Shown piece after piece: positions 10,319 through 19,582 of a DNA stretch of 21,000 bases. The stretch comes from Octopus sinensis. Its lineage: Eukaryota. Location of the stretch: positions 1 through 21,000 of the forward strand of contig NW_021823809.1 of assembly GCF_006345805.1 (NCBI RefSeq). The letters run 5' to 3'. The stretch's first letter is position 1, and the number at the start of each line of letters is the position of its first letter. The notes under the pieces are model-generated. The model did no database searches and was not told the origin of the DNA. It worked only from the letters and a program-made list of their open reading frames with translations. Made by a program: the position numbers and the translations under genes.

Positions 10319-10662
10319 GGATAATATTGAATATTATCATTATTACATTTCGAATATTGTTTCTCATTTCTAAGTATGCCAACCATGTCATACAGTACAT
10401 ACAACCACTGACGCAGCAACTCAGAAGAAAGCACAAGCGTACACATACCGAATCATACACTTGTGCATATCTATTCAGACGCATTACCACCCGCAGTTTG
10501 CTGATTATAAAGGAACCATTATGTTGCAGCACTTTCTCCATCCCACTGTGTCCCTTCGTTAAGACTGATCAGTTTCTATTGTTTGAATATGTGACAGGAA
10601 ATATCTCTGCGGATATCTGAAGGCTTGCGAAGGAATTTAATTAATTCCTTCCCTCTACGCCC

Positions 10663-10665
<3 letters not shown>

Positions 10666-10735
<70 letters not shown>

Positions 10736-10760
10736 ACACGTACACGAACACACACATAAA
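10666..10760. repeat. (CA)n microsatellite
   Basis: Direct reading. Confidence 0.95.
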
Positions 10761-11349
10761 TATACACACAGTGTTCATTCTTATATGCATGTTATATGAT
10801 CATGCGGAGGAGCATACGAAATAATACACACATATGTATCGTATCTAATATATAATATATCTGATTTCAATGCAGTGATTATTTTAAAGAAAACGTAAAT
10901 GCGGTTGTTCTATGAAAAGAACAATTTGCAACGTTTCGGATTATTATACTTTCTCTACGAGATAACAGAATAAGCAATACGCTTCCTTGTGCTAGATATA
11001 CAATGATTTATATTCAGTATTTTTTCCTTCGAAATTCAAATGCGACTAAAGTGAATTTTGTCTTTTATCATTTCTGGCTCCATACCTAATGTACCATGCC
11101 AGCATTGACTCTTCTCTCCCTATTTCTCTCCCTAAAACCAATGGCTATGGACAAGTGCGTATAGAGCCAGGGCTCCATTGCCATGATATGTCGAAAGATC
11201 TGTGCGTTTTTATAAATGCATGTACGTTTCCTCTAGGAAGTCTCGTGGATTTGTTTTCTCCATATTGATAGGTAAATTTCATTGAAATTTAATCTTTTTT
11301 TATTCTTCTTACAGTTTTCCCGATTTCTCTGCAAGCAACACTGTATTTC

Positions 11350-11772
11350 ACTCAGCTCAGAATGCAGTATTCGCTACTGAGGAGACTAAATGAGGCCGAA
11401 ACCCCGTGTTTCGTGACAGAGCAGTGTCCTGAACAGAGCCCTGGATTTTTAACACAAAAATATAAAGGTCTCTTAGAGCGGGAGAAAATTATTTGTAACA
11501 AAGTATTACAGTTAATACCATCGCATGTATATATACGATTGAATTTCGTACAAAAATGTCTTTCAAGTATGTACATTCCTATAATTTTAGTTTGTTTAGC
11601 TTTCTCACAAATCAGCAAACGTTTTGGTTACCTATTTACATACGGAGGTATTTATTTGCGGTTTAGCTTATAATGTTCGGTGTATTCATCACTGAGGAGG
11701 TGAAATCAACTTGAAACCTCGTATCTAACGACAGACCAGCCTACTGAGTGAAGTCTCGGCTTAACACAAAAA
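11350..11772 (+). repeat. Pair of diverged ~110-bp direct repeats (offset 315 bp) with CTGAGGA-N14-GAAAC
   Basis: 11350-11460 and 11660-11772 share agct..aatg, gtattc...actgaggag...aaat, gaaacc.cgt, gacaga.cag and ttaacacaaaaa. Confidence 0.6.
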
Positions 11773-11874
11773 CTCCCTGAGAAGCTTCACCAAGACAAGG
11801 CGTTACAACTAGTGTAGTTTCTGCCTTGTATTCAATATAAATCAGGGGGTATATACCAGTATATTAATGAGGTT

Positions 11875-12105
11875 GAGGGAACGTGGTCTAGTGATTAGAG
11901 TATTACAGTCGGGATCACTACATCGTGAGAACAAAACCGGAATCGAGCGACGAGTTGTATTCATGAGCAAAATACATCATGTGTTGTTGCTCCAGTCTGC
12001 TTCCCTGCAAATGGTTAACCCTGTGACGGACTAGATTTCGAATCTGGTTGAATTTTGGCTTGCTTGACTAGCAAGGCGTGACCGCATCTTTCGAAATCTA
12101 AAATA
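11875..12105 (+). mobile_element. Very degenerate tRNA-derived SINE (family B-like)
   Basis: A-box-like cgtggtctagtgattagag, plus gttgtattcatgagcaaaatac...gttgctccagtc resembling the CORE-like segment of 4605-4938. Confidence 0.4.
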
Positions 12106-12126
12106 ATGAACAGTTATATATATATA

Positions 12127-12543
12127 GGTGCAGAAGTGGCTGTGTGGTAAGTAGCTTGCTTACCAACCACATGGTCCCGGATTCAGTCCCACTGCGTGGC
12201 ACCTTGGGCAACTGTCTTCTACTATAGCCTCGAGCCAACCAAAGCCTTGTGAGTGGATTCGGTAGACGGAAACTGAAAAGAAGTCCGTCGTATATATGTA
12301 TATGTATATATATATATGTGTGTGTATGTGTTTGTGTGTCTGTGTTTGTCCCTCCAACATCGCTTGACAACCGATGGTGGTGTGTTTATGTCCTCCGTAA
12401 CTTAGCGGTTCGGCAAAAGAGACCGATAGAATAAGTTTCTAGGTTTACAAAGAATAAGTCCTGGGGGTCAATTTTCTCGACTAAAGGCGGTGCTCCAGCA
12501 TGGCCACAATGAAATGACTGAAACAAATAAAAGAGAGTAAAAG
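12127..12543 (+). mobile_element. Full-length family A SINE
   Basis: Colinear with and highly similar to 3488-3899, with an internal (TA)n(TG)n. Confidence 0.9.
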
Positions 12544-13221
12544 GAAATATATATATATATATATATATAATATATATATATATTATATATATCATCTGAT
12601 TGTCTGGACCATCACATCATCACTGGATTGTTAATAATCAAAGTTTCTTTATTGTTCGTTTATCAATTAAATATCAACAACGATATCAGATACAATATCA
12701 ACAACATCTACAGCGAGATCTAATAATAAAATCGAATAACTAAATAACTGAATATACGAACGGGGGCGAAATGCGAAAACAAAAAACAAACGCACAAACA
12801 TCAAATACGTCAAGCGAGTTACAATCCAAATTAACATGGCTTAAGGGTTAAATATACAAATATATATATATAATAAATAAACAAACTCAAAGATCATAAA
12901 TTGCTAAATTCTAGAAACATAGCAACACTTGCGGTAACTAATGTCTGCAATATTCCAATATATATATATATATATATTCTTCAAAAAAAAAAAATATAAA
13001 TGTTAAAGCAGGAAAGGCAATGACGTCATTTGTCTCTCTCTAAGACCCAGGTGTTTTGCTTAAATTTCAATATTTTTTTGTTTTTTGGCCTTTATTATTA
13101 CCATATTATGATTTTTGTTTGGCTTGATAATTTTCCACTTTCGCTAGTATTGCCTTTGTTAATGTAATTAGTTTTTGCAAGGAAAATTAGATTTCGATTC
13201 AGTCAATATTCTATCGGGGGA

Positions 13222-13360
13222 GGTGTCTCTCTCTCTCTCTCTCTCTCCCTCTTTCTTTCTTTTCCTCTCTCATTCTCCCTCTCTCTCACTACGTTTTATA
13301 TATATATATATATATATATATGTATACATACATATATATGTATGTATGCGCGTGTGTACA

Positions 13361-13425
<65 letters not shown>

Positions 13426-13773
13426 AATATAAATATATATATCATATAGGTATGTACGTATGTTATATCTATCTATCCATCTATCTTCGTGTGTGTGTGT
13501 GTGTGTGTGTGGGTGTGTGTGTGTGTGTGTGTGTTATAGTTTTTTTCTTCAATAACAAACAAATGCAGAAACGTAAATATAAGGCAATACGTGTCTGTCT
13601 GTGAATGTCTCTCTTTGTTTCTCTCTCTCTCTCTCTTCATCTCTCACTCTCTATCATTATATACATACGTACTAACACACATACACTCGGAATTTTCCTT
13701 TTAAAGTCCGTTTCTTGTTTGATTTATGTTCTCGTCTCTCGTTGTGTTCTACGTTTATTTGTGGTGTCCTGTA

Positions 13774-13835
<62 letters not shown>

Positions 13836-13915
13836 CATGTATATATACATGTAGATGTAAGTATGTCACATATATGTATGTATATATGCATATTTTATTT
13901 ATTTATATATTACTA
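13222..13915. repeat. (TC)n/(TA)n/(TG)n microsatellite field with short unique spacers
   Basis: Direct reading. Confidence 0.85.
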
Positions 13916-13969
13916 TATGACCGACGCACGCGTTATTCTCTATTTCTCTTCTCCAAGTTTATATATATA

Positions 13970-14260
13970 TACTAGCAGTATCGCCCGGCGTTGCTCGGGT
14001 TTGTAAGGGAAATAACTATATAAGCATTTTTAGAGAGTCATAGCCAAAAAAATAGCAAAAAATGCATTAAAAATGGAAAAAATGATGGTATTTTTTTTTT
14101 AAATCGTAGACTCATCGTAGACGCGCGCTAATACCCAGAAGGGCCTCGATATGAATCACGACTATAAGGTACCGGTTTTGGGTTAAACTGCACCTAAAAT
14201 GTGGGAGTAGTTGGAATCTAAATCGTAGGAGACAGACACACAACTTCTCTTTTATATATA
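13970..14260 (+). mobile_element. Non-autonomous Helentron-associated (HINE/DINE-1-like) element
   Basis: It starts TACTAGCAGTATCG followed by the imperfect hairpin CCCGGCGTTGCTCGGG. It ends ...aaatcgtaggagacagacacacaacttctcttttatatata and sits in TA-rich flanks. This layout is typical of DINE/Lep1-like elements. Confidence 0.65.
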
Positions 14261-14304
14261 AAATATATATATATATAATTTCTCAATAAAATCTGCATCT
14301 TTCG

Positions 14305-14670
14305 TTCTTCACTTGTTTCAGCTATTAAACTGCGGGCATGCTGTGGAACCACCTTCAATAAATTTTAGCCGAAGGAATCGACGCCATTACCTTTTTAAAG
14401 CTGGTACGTATTCTATCGGCCTCTAGTAACAAGGACGGACAGAAACTAACCCCGGTTGTCAAGAGTTGGTGGGGAATATACATAGACACACAGACAGACG
14501 CACATACATATATATATGACAAACTCCTTTTCAGTTTCCATCAACCACATCCGTTCAAAGGATCTTGCCCGGTTCGAAGCTATGGTAGAAGACCCTTGAC
14601 CAGGGTGTCACGCAGGGGTTCTAAACCCTGAAGAATGTGGTTGATACGCAAGCTTCTTACAAGAGAGCCA
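14305..14670 (-). mobile_element. Diverged family A-related SINE
   Basis: Reverse-complement matches to the tail (cttgtttcagc...gcatgctg), attctatcgg, cttttcagtttcc and ctatggtagaagacccttg. Confidence 0.7.
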
Positions 14671-14989
14671 ATATACATACATTTATATCTATGAGAACAA
14701 TATGACACAAGACAAAGAATTGTTATGTTATGGACTTCATTGAATTACAGTTGTTTCCGCTATAAAATGAAGCAGACTCTTAGATGAGTGCGGGAATAAT
14801 TTCCTGTAGCTTCATCGGAGCCTCAGATATGAAGTGCAAGTTGAGAAATATGAGTTGTAATTTGTCAGTATTCAGAGAAGGTATTTACCAGTGAGACAGT
14901 TATTACTGAAACTTATTCCTGCAAACAACTATAAATATGTGTAATGCTTTTTAGGTTTTATCCCAAGGCTAGCACATTTTATAGAGAGA

Positions 14990-15062
14990 GCTGTTTAGTC
15001 GATTACATCGAATTATTTTTGCCAACATCGAATGGATGAATGGCAGAGTCGACGGAATTACA
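14990..15062 (-). mobile_element. Short SINE remnant (family C)
   Basis: ttagtcgattacatcga...atcgaatggatgaatggcagagtcgac is the reverse complement of segments in 15754-16018. Confidence 0.5.
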
Positions 15063-15087
15063 AGTCCCAAAGACATGCAAACGATTC

Positions 15088-15242
15088 TATTAGTCAAGTA
15101 TGGAATTTGTTGAAAAGAAAAAAAGTTTGCTATAAAAGCCTGGTTACCTAGAATCAATAAAATCTCGGAAAGCCGGTTTTACAGTATTGTCGGAATTAAA
15201 TTCCTTCCTATCAAAGTTATCCAAATTCTGGAAGAAGTGGTA
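15088..15242 (-). mobile_element. Second copy of the mariner right end, internally deleted
   Basis: Aligns with 9891-9936 and 10041-10153, with 107 bp missing between two CTA trinucleotides. Confidence 0.85.
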
Positions 15243-15681
15243 CTATATGCACGAGAATATACACATACAAAAAAACAGTCTGTATGTATACATACAAGCA
15301 TGTATACATACGTGCATGCATACACACACACATACATACACATATACATACATAATACCTACATACATATATATACAAACAAAACTACCCTGTTGCTGTT
15401 GATGCTATTGAAATTCAAATGATGAATCCTTGAATCTAGGTCAGAAACCGGCTCGTACATTCATAAGAATAGGAGATCACAAGTGTATAAACGACTATCT
15501 TATAAACATCACTCGGTTACGGCTGTTTCTGCTATAATAGGCAGTGGAAAGTAGTTGAGCGCATGGGAAACACGTTATAGCTTCGCCGGAGCATTGAATG
15601 TGAAGTACAATTTGTTTGGGGAAAAATAACACTGATAAATATATGTATATATAATCGACACGGTTTTTTTTATTACCTACT

Positions 15682-15937
15682 TTTAGTGTAAAGCACATAT
15701 TTACCTAAGGATTGCCATCAAAATATAACCATAGGATAATCTTTGGAATTTCAAAGGAGGCGAACTGGCAGAATCATTAGCACACCTGACAAAATGCTTA
15801 GCAGTATTTCGTCTACCTTTATGTTCTGATTTCAAATTCTCCCGAGGTCGACATTGCATTTCACTCTTTCGGGGTCGATAAATTAAATGGATATATTTTG
15901 ATGGCAATCCTTAGGTAAAGATGTGCTTTACACTAAA
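15682..15937. repeat. 51-bp inverted repeat (15682-15732 / 15887-15937), 49/51 identical
   Basis: tttagtgtaaagcacatatttacctaaggattgccatcaaaatataaccat versus atggatatattttgatggcaatccttaggtaaagatgtgctttacactaaa. Confidence 0.95.
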
Positions 15938-16018
15938 CCAGTTGCGTACGGGCGTCGATCTAATCGACTGGCCAACTCCCCCAAAATTTCGAGCATTGTG
16001 CTTAGAGAAGAAAAGATT
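15754..16018 (+). mobile_element. tRNA-derived SINE (family C), interrupted at 15887-15937
   Basis: A-box-like ctggcagaatcattag and B-box-like gatttcaaattc. The body reads gaggtcgac...cggggtcgataaattaa | accagttg...gtcgatctaatcgac...ccccaaaatt. Confidence 0.8.
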
Positions 16019-16129
16019 CTTTGGAATTTCAGTCAACAAGAACAACATAACACAACTGGTGATTACAAAAAAAAAAGATTCTCATTATGCTATGTGGTTG
16101 TGTCTGCGCGTCATGTTTAGGATGATGAC

Positions 16130-16672
16130 ATATGCATATGCATATACATATGTAATATTATATATATATAATATAACTATATATATATAGATAATATATA
16201 TATATATATATATATATAGATATAGATATATATATATATATATATATATTATACATATTATATACTAAGATAAAACTTACTTAGAAATGGACGCGTGCGT
16301 TCCGTCATATAATAACAAATTAATAAATAAACATATGCATATATACATCATATGAGAACGTACCTACACTACATGTATATATACATGCATATATGGGAAT
16401 TTTCCCTGTGGGGTATCTTCTACTCTATTTTTTTCGTTGTTTAAGAAAAATGTCCATTGCTTGGTTTTGTGTTTATGTTTTTCGTTTCTCATTGTGTTCG
16501 ACGTCTTTTTGTGTCATGTACCCATATATTCATGTATAGTATACATTAGATGTGGGACGTACATATATGTATGTATATGTAATATATATGTTTTATTTAT
16601 TATTTTGTTATATATATATATATATAATTTATAATTTGTTATATATATAATATATATAATATATATATAATA
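16130..16672. repeat. TA-rich microsatellite/low-complexity flank
   Basis: Direct reading. Two TA-rich blocks are separated by ~250 bp of AT-rich sequence. Confidence 0.8.
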
Positions 16673-16834
16673 TAAACAAATCAAATTGCGATAAAATAAA
16701 AAATAATTATAATCGCTGGTATTACTAACACAAGCCATATATTTTTCATATATCAGTACATTAAGGCGAAATATGTGCTAGGAATACAGAAGCTTGATAA
16801 ATTAAGTGAAATGAAGATAAAAACATTTACTAAA

Positions 16835-16926
16835 CCGGAAATTCTCAGACTGCAGTTTCTTTCTATTTAGCAAACAAGATAATTTATTGCCCAGGGAGAA
16901 TTCATCATGAGACCCTGTTTTTCTGG
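16835..16926 (-). ncRNA. Type I HHR, array unit 1 (C3 missing: mutation or sequencing indel)
   Basis: The plus strand reads ttcatcatgagacc instead of ttcatcagtgagacc. The GUC site would be at 16848/16847. Confidence 0.55.
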
Positions 16927-17225
16927 GATCCTAACTCACTAGAAGCATGTGCGTCTAATGAGTTACTCTTCCTAACTACATATCACTGCGCAGACTCCGA
17001 ACGTCCCGACAACACTAGGGAATTCTGGTATATCGCCTGGCGCTCATAATTTATCGAGAATATGTAAACAAATCAAATTGCGATAAAATAAAAAAATAAT
17101 TATAATCGCTGGTATTACTAACACAAGCCATATTTTTTTCATATATCAGTACATTAAGGCGAAATATGTGCTAGGAATACAGAAGCTTGATATTAAGTGA
17201 AATGAAGATAAAAACATTTACTAAC

Positions 17226-17319
17226 CCGGAAAATTCTCAGACTGCAGTTTCTTTCTATTTAGCAAACAAGATATTTATTTGCCCAGGGAGAATTCATCAG
17301 TGAGACCCTGTTTTTCTGG
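17226..17319 (-). ncRNA. Type I HHR, array unit 2
   Basis: UCUCA-CUGAUGA-stem II-GAAAC-UGCA-GUC^UGAGA. Predicted cleavage 17240/17239. Confidence 0.8.
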
Positions 17320-17623
17320 GATCCTAACTCACTAGAAGCATGTGCGTCTAATGAGTTACTCTTCCTAACTAATCATATCACTGCGCAGACTCCGAACGTC
17401 CCGACAACACTAGGGAATTCTGGTATATCGCCTGGCGCTCATAATTTATCGAGAAATATGTAAACAAATCAAATTGCGATAAAATAAAAAAATAATTATA
17501 ATCGCTGGTATTACTAACACAAGCCATATATTTTTCATATATCAGTACATTAAGGCGAAATATGTGCTAGGAATACAGAAGCTTGATAAATTAAGTGAAA
17601 TGAAGATAAAAACATTTACTAAA

Positions 17624-17717
17624 CCGGAAAATTCTCAGACTGCAGTTTCTTTCTATTCAGCAACAAGATAATTTATTTGCCCAGGGAGAATTCATCAGTG
17701 AGACCCTGTTTTTCTGG
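17624..17717 (-). ncRNA. Type I HHR, array unit 3
   Basis: Core intact, with small differences in distal stem II. Predicted cleavage 17638/17637. Confidence 0.78.
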
Positions 17718-18020
17718 GATCCTAACTCACTAGAAGCATGTGCATCTAATGAGTTACTCTTCCTAACTAATCATATCACTGCGCAGACTCCGAACGTCCC
17801 GACAACACTAGGGAATTCTGGTATATCGCCTGGCGCTCATAATTTATCGAGAAATATGTAAACAAATCAAATTGCGATAAATAAAAAAATAATTATAATC
17901 GCTGGTATTACTAACACAAGCCATATATTTTTCATATATCAGTACATTAAGGCGAAATATGTGCTAGGAATACAGAAGCTTGATAAATTAAGTGAAATGA
18001 AGATAAAAACATTTACTAAA

Positions 18021-18114
18021 CCGGAAAATTCTCAGACTGCAGTTTCTTTCTATTTAGCAAACAAGATAATTTATTTGCCAGGGAGAATTCATCAGTGAGA
18101 CCCTGTTTTTCTGG
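18021..18114 (-). ncRNA. Type I HHR, array unit 4
   Basis: Core intact. Predicted cleavage 18035/18034. Confidence 0.8.
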
Positions 18115-18417
18115 GATCCTAACTCACTAGAAGCATGTGCATCTAATGAGTTACTCTTCCTAACTAATCATATCACTGCGCAGACTCCGAACGTCCCGAC
18201 AACACTAGGGAATTCTGGTATATCGCCTGGCGCTCATAATTTATCGAGAAATATGTAAACAAATCAAATTGCGATAAAATAAAAAATAATTATAATCGCT
18301 GGTATTACTAACACAAGCCATATATTTTTCATATATCAGTACATTAAGGCGAAATATGTGCTAGGAATACAGAAGCTTGATAAATTAAGTGAAATGAAGA
18401 TAAAAACATTTACTAAA

Positions 18418-18512
18418 CCGGAAAATTCTCAGACTGCAGTTTCTTTCTATTTAGCAAACAAGATAATTTATTTGCCCAGGGAGAATTCATCAGTGAGACC
18501 CTGTTTTTCTGG
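18418..18512 (-). ncRNA. Type I HHR, array unit 5 (consensus-like)
   Basis: CCAGAAAAACAGGG-UCUCA-CUGAUGA-AUUCU-CCCUG-GGCAAAUA-AAUUAUCU-UGUUUGCU-AAAU-AGAAA-GAAAC-UGCA-GUC^UGAGA-AUUUUCCGG. Predicted cleavage 18432/18431. Confidence 0.82.
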
Positions 18513-18817
18513 GATCCTAACTCACTAGAAGCATGTGCGTCTAATGAGTTACTCTTCCTAACTAATCATATCACTGCGCAGACTCCGAACGTCCCGACAA
18601 CACTAGGGAATTCTGGTATATCGCCTGGCGCTCATAATTTATCGAGAAATATGTAAACAAATCAAATTGCGATAAAATAAAAAAATAATTATAATCGCTG
18701 GTATTACTACTCACAAGCCATATATTTTTCATATATCAGTACATTAAGGCGAAATATGTGCTAGGAATACAGAAGCTTGATAAATTAAGTGAAATGAAGA
18801 TAAAAACATTTACTAAA

Positions 18818-18913
18818 CCGGAAAATTCTCAGACTGCAGTTTTCTTTCTATTTAGCAAACAAGATAATTTATTTGCCCAGGGAGAATTCATCAGTGAGAC
18901 CCTGTTTTTCTGG
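18818..18913 (-). ncRNA. Type I HHR, array unit 6 (extra A: GAAAAC)
   Basis: One extra T in the plus-strand homopolymer at 18840-18843, possibly a sequencing error. Site at 18832/18831. Confidence 0.65.
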
Positions 18914-19215
18914 GATCCTAACTCACTAGAACATGTGCATCTAATGAGTTACTCTTCCTAACAATCATATCACTGCGCAGAACTCCGAACGTCCCGACAA
19001 CACTAGGGAATTCTGGTATATCGCCTGGCGCTCATATTTATCGAGAAATATGTAAACAAATCAAATTGCGATAAAATAAAAAAATAATTATAATCGCTGG
19101 TATTACTAACACAAGCCATATATTTTTCATATATCAGTACATTAAGGCGAAATATGTGCTAGGAATACAGAAGCTTGATAAATTAAGTGAAATGAAGATA
19201 AAAACATTTACTAAA

Positions 19216-19310
19216 CCGGAAAATTCTCAGACTGCAGTTTCTTTCTATTTAGCAAACAAGATAATTTATTTGCCCAGGGAGAATTCATCAGTGAGACCCT
19301 GTTTTTCTGG
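19216..19310 (-). ncRNA. Type I HHR, array unit 7
   Basis: Core intact. Predicted cleavage 19230/19229. Confidence 0.8.
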
Positions 19311-19582
19311 GATCCTAACTCACTAGAAGCATGTGCGTCTAATGAGTTACTCTTCCTAACTAATCATATCACTGCGCAGACTCCGAACGTCCCGACAACA
19401 CTAGGGAATTCTGGTATATCGCCTGCGCTCATAATTTATTTATCGAGAAATATGTAAACAAATCAATTGCGATAAATAAAAAAAATTTATAATCGCTGGT
19501 ATTACTAACACAAGCCATATATTTTTCATATATCAGTACATTAAGGCGAAATATGTGCTAGGAATACATATTTATATATAAA

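Larger units (their letters stand above)
16673..19568 (-). mobile_element. Tandem array of a ~398-bp unit (7 full + ~114 bp partial); candidate non-LTR retrozyme / HHR satellite
   Basis: Units start at 16673, 17065, 17461, 17859, 18256, 18654, 19053 and 19455 and are near-identical. Each full unit has one minus-strand type I HHR. Both flanks are TA-rich and no conserved ORF is present. Confidence 0.85.

Noticed and set aside
13021-13028. CRE palindrome TGACGTCA
   Set aside because: A single 8-mer with no promoter or gene context is not evidence of regulation.
18541-18593. Plus-strand HHR mimic in each unit (CTAATGAGT...ACTCCGAACGTC)
   Set aside because: G5 is A, GAAC replaces GAAAC and no stem I pairing is found. 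It is not a credible second-polarity ribozyme, though worth a look if both strands prove to be processed.
18758-18961. 67-aa ORF inside the tandem array
   Set aside because: It is reported only in unit 6, where private indels shift the frame, and is not maintained in the other near-identical units.
16673-19568. CRISPR array, or 5S/tRNA/snRNA gene cluster, as explanations of the tandem repeat
   Set aside because: The units are identical throughout, with no repeat-spacer alternation, and the context is eukaryotic. I recognise no 5S, tRNA cloverleaf, Sm site or properly spaced A/B boxes in the unit.
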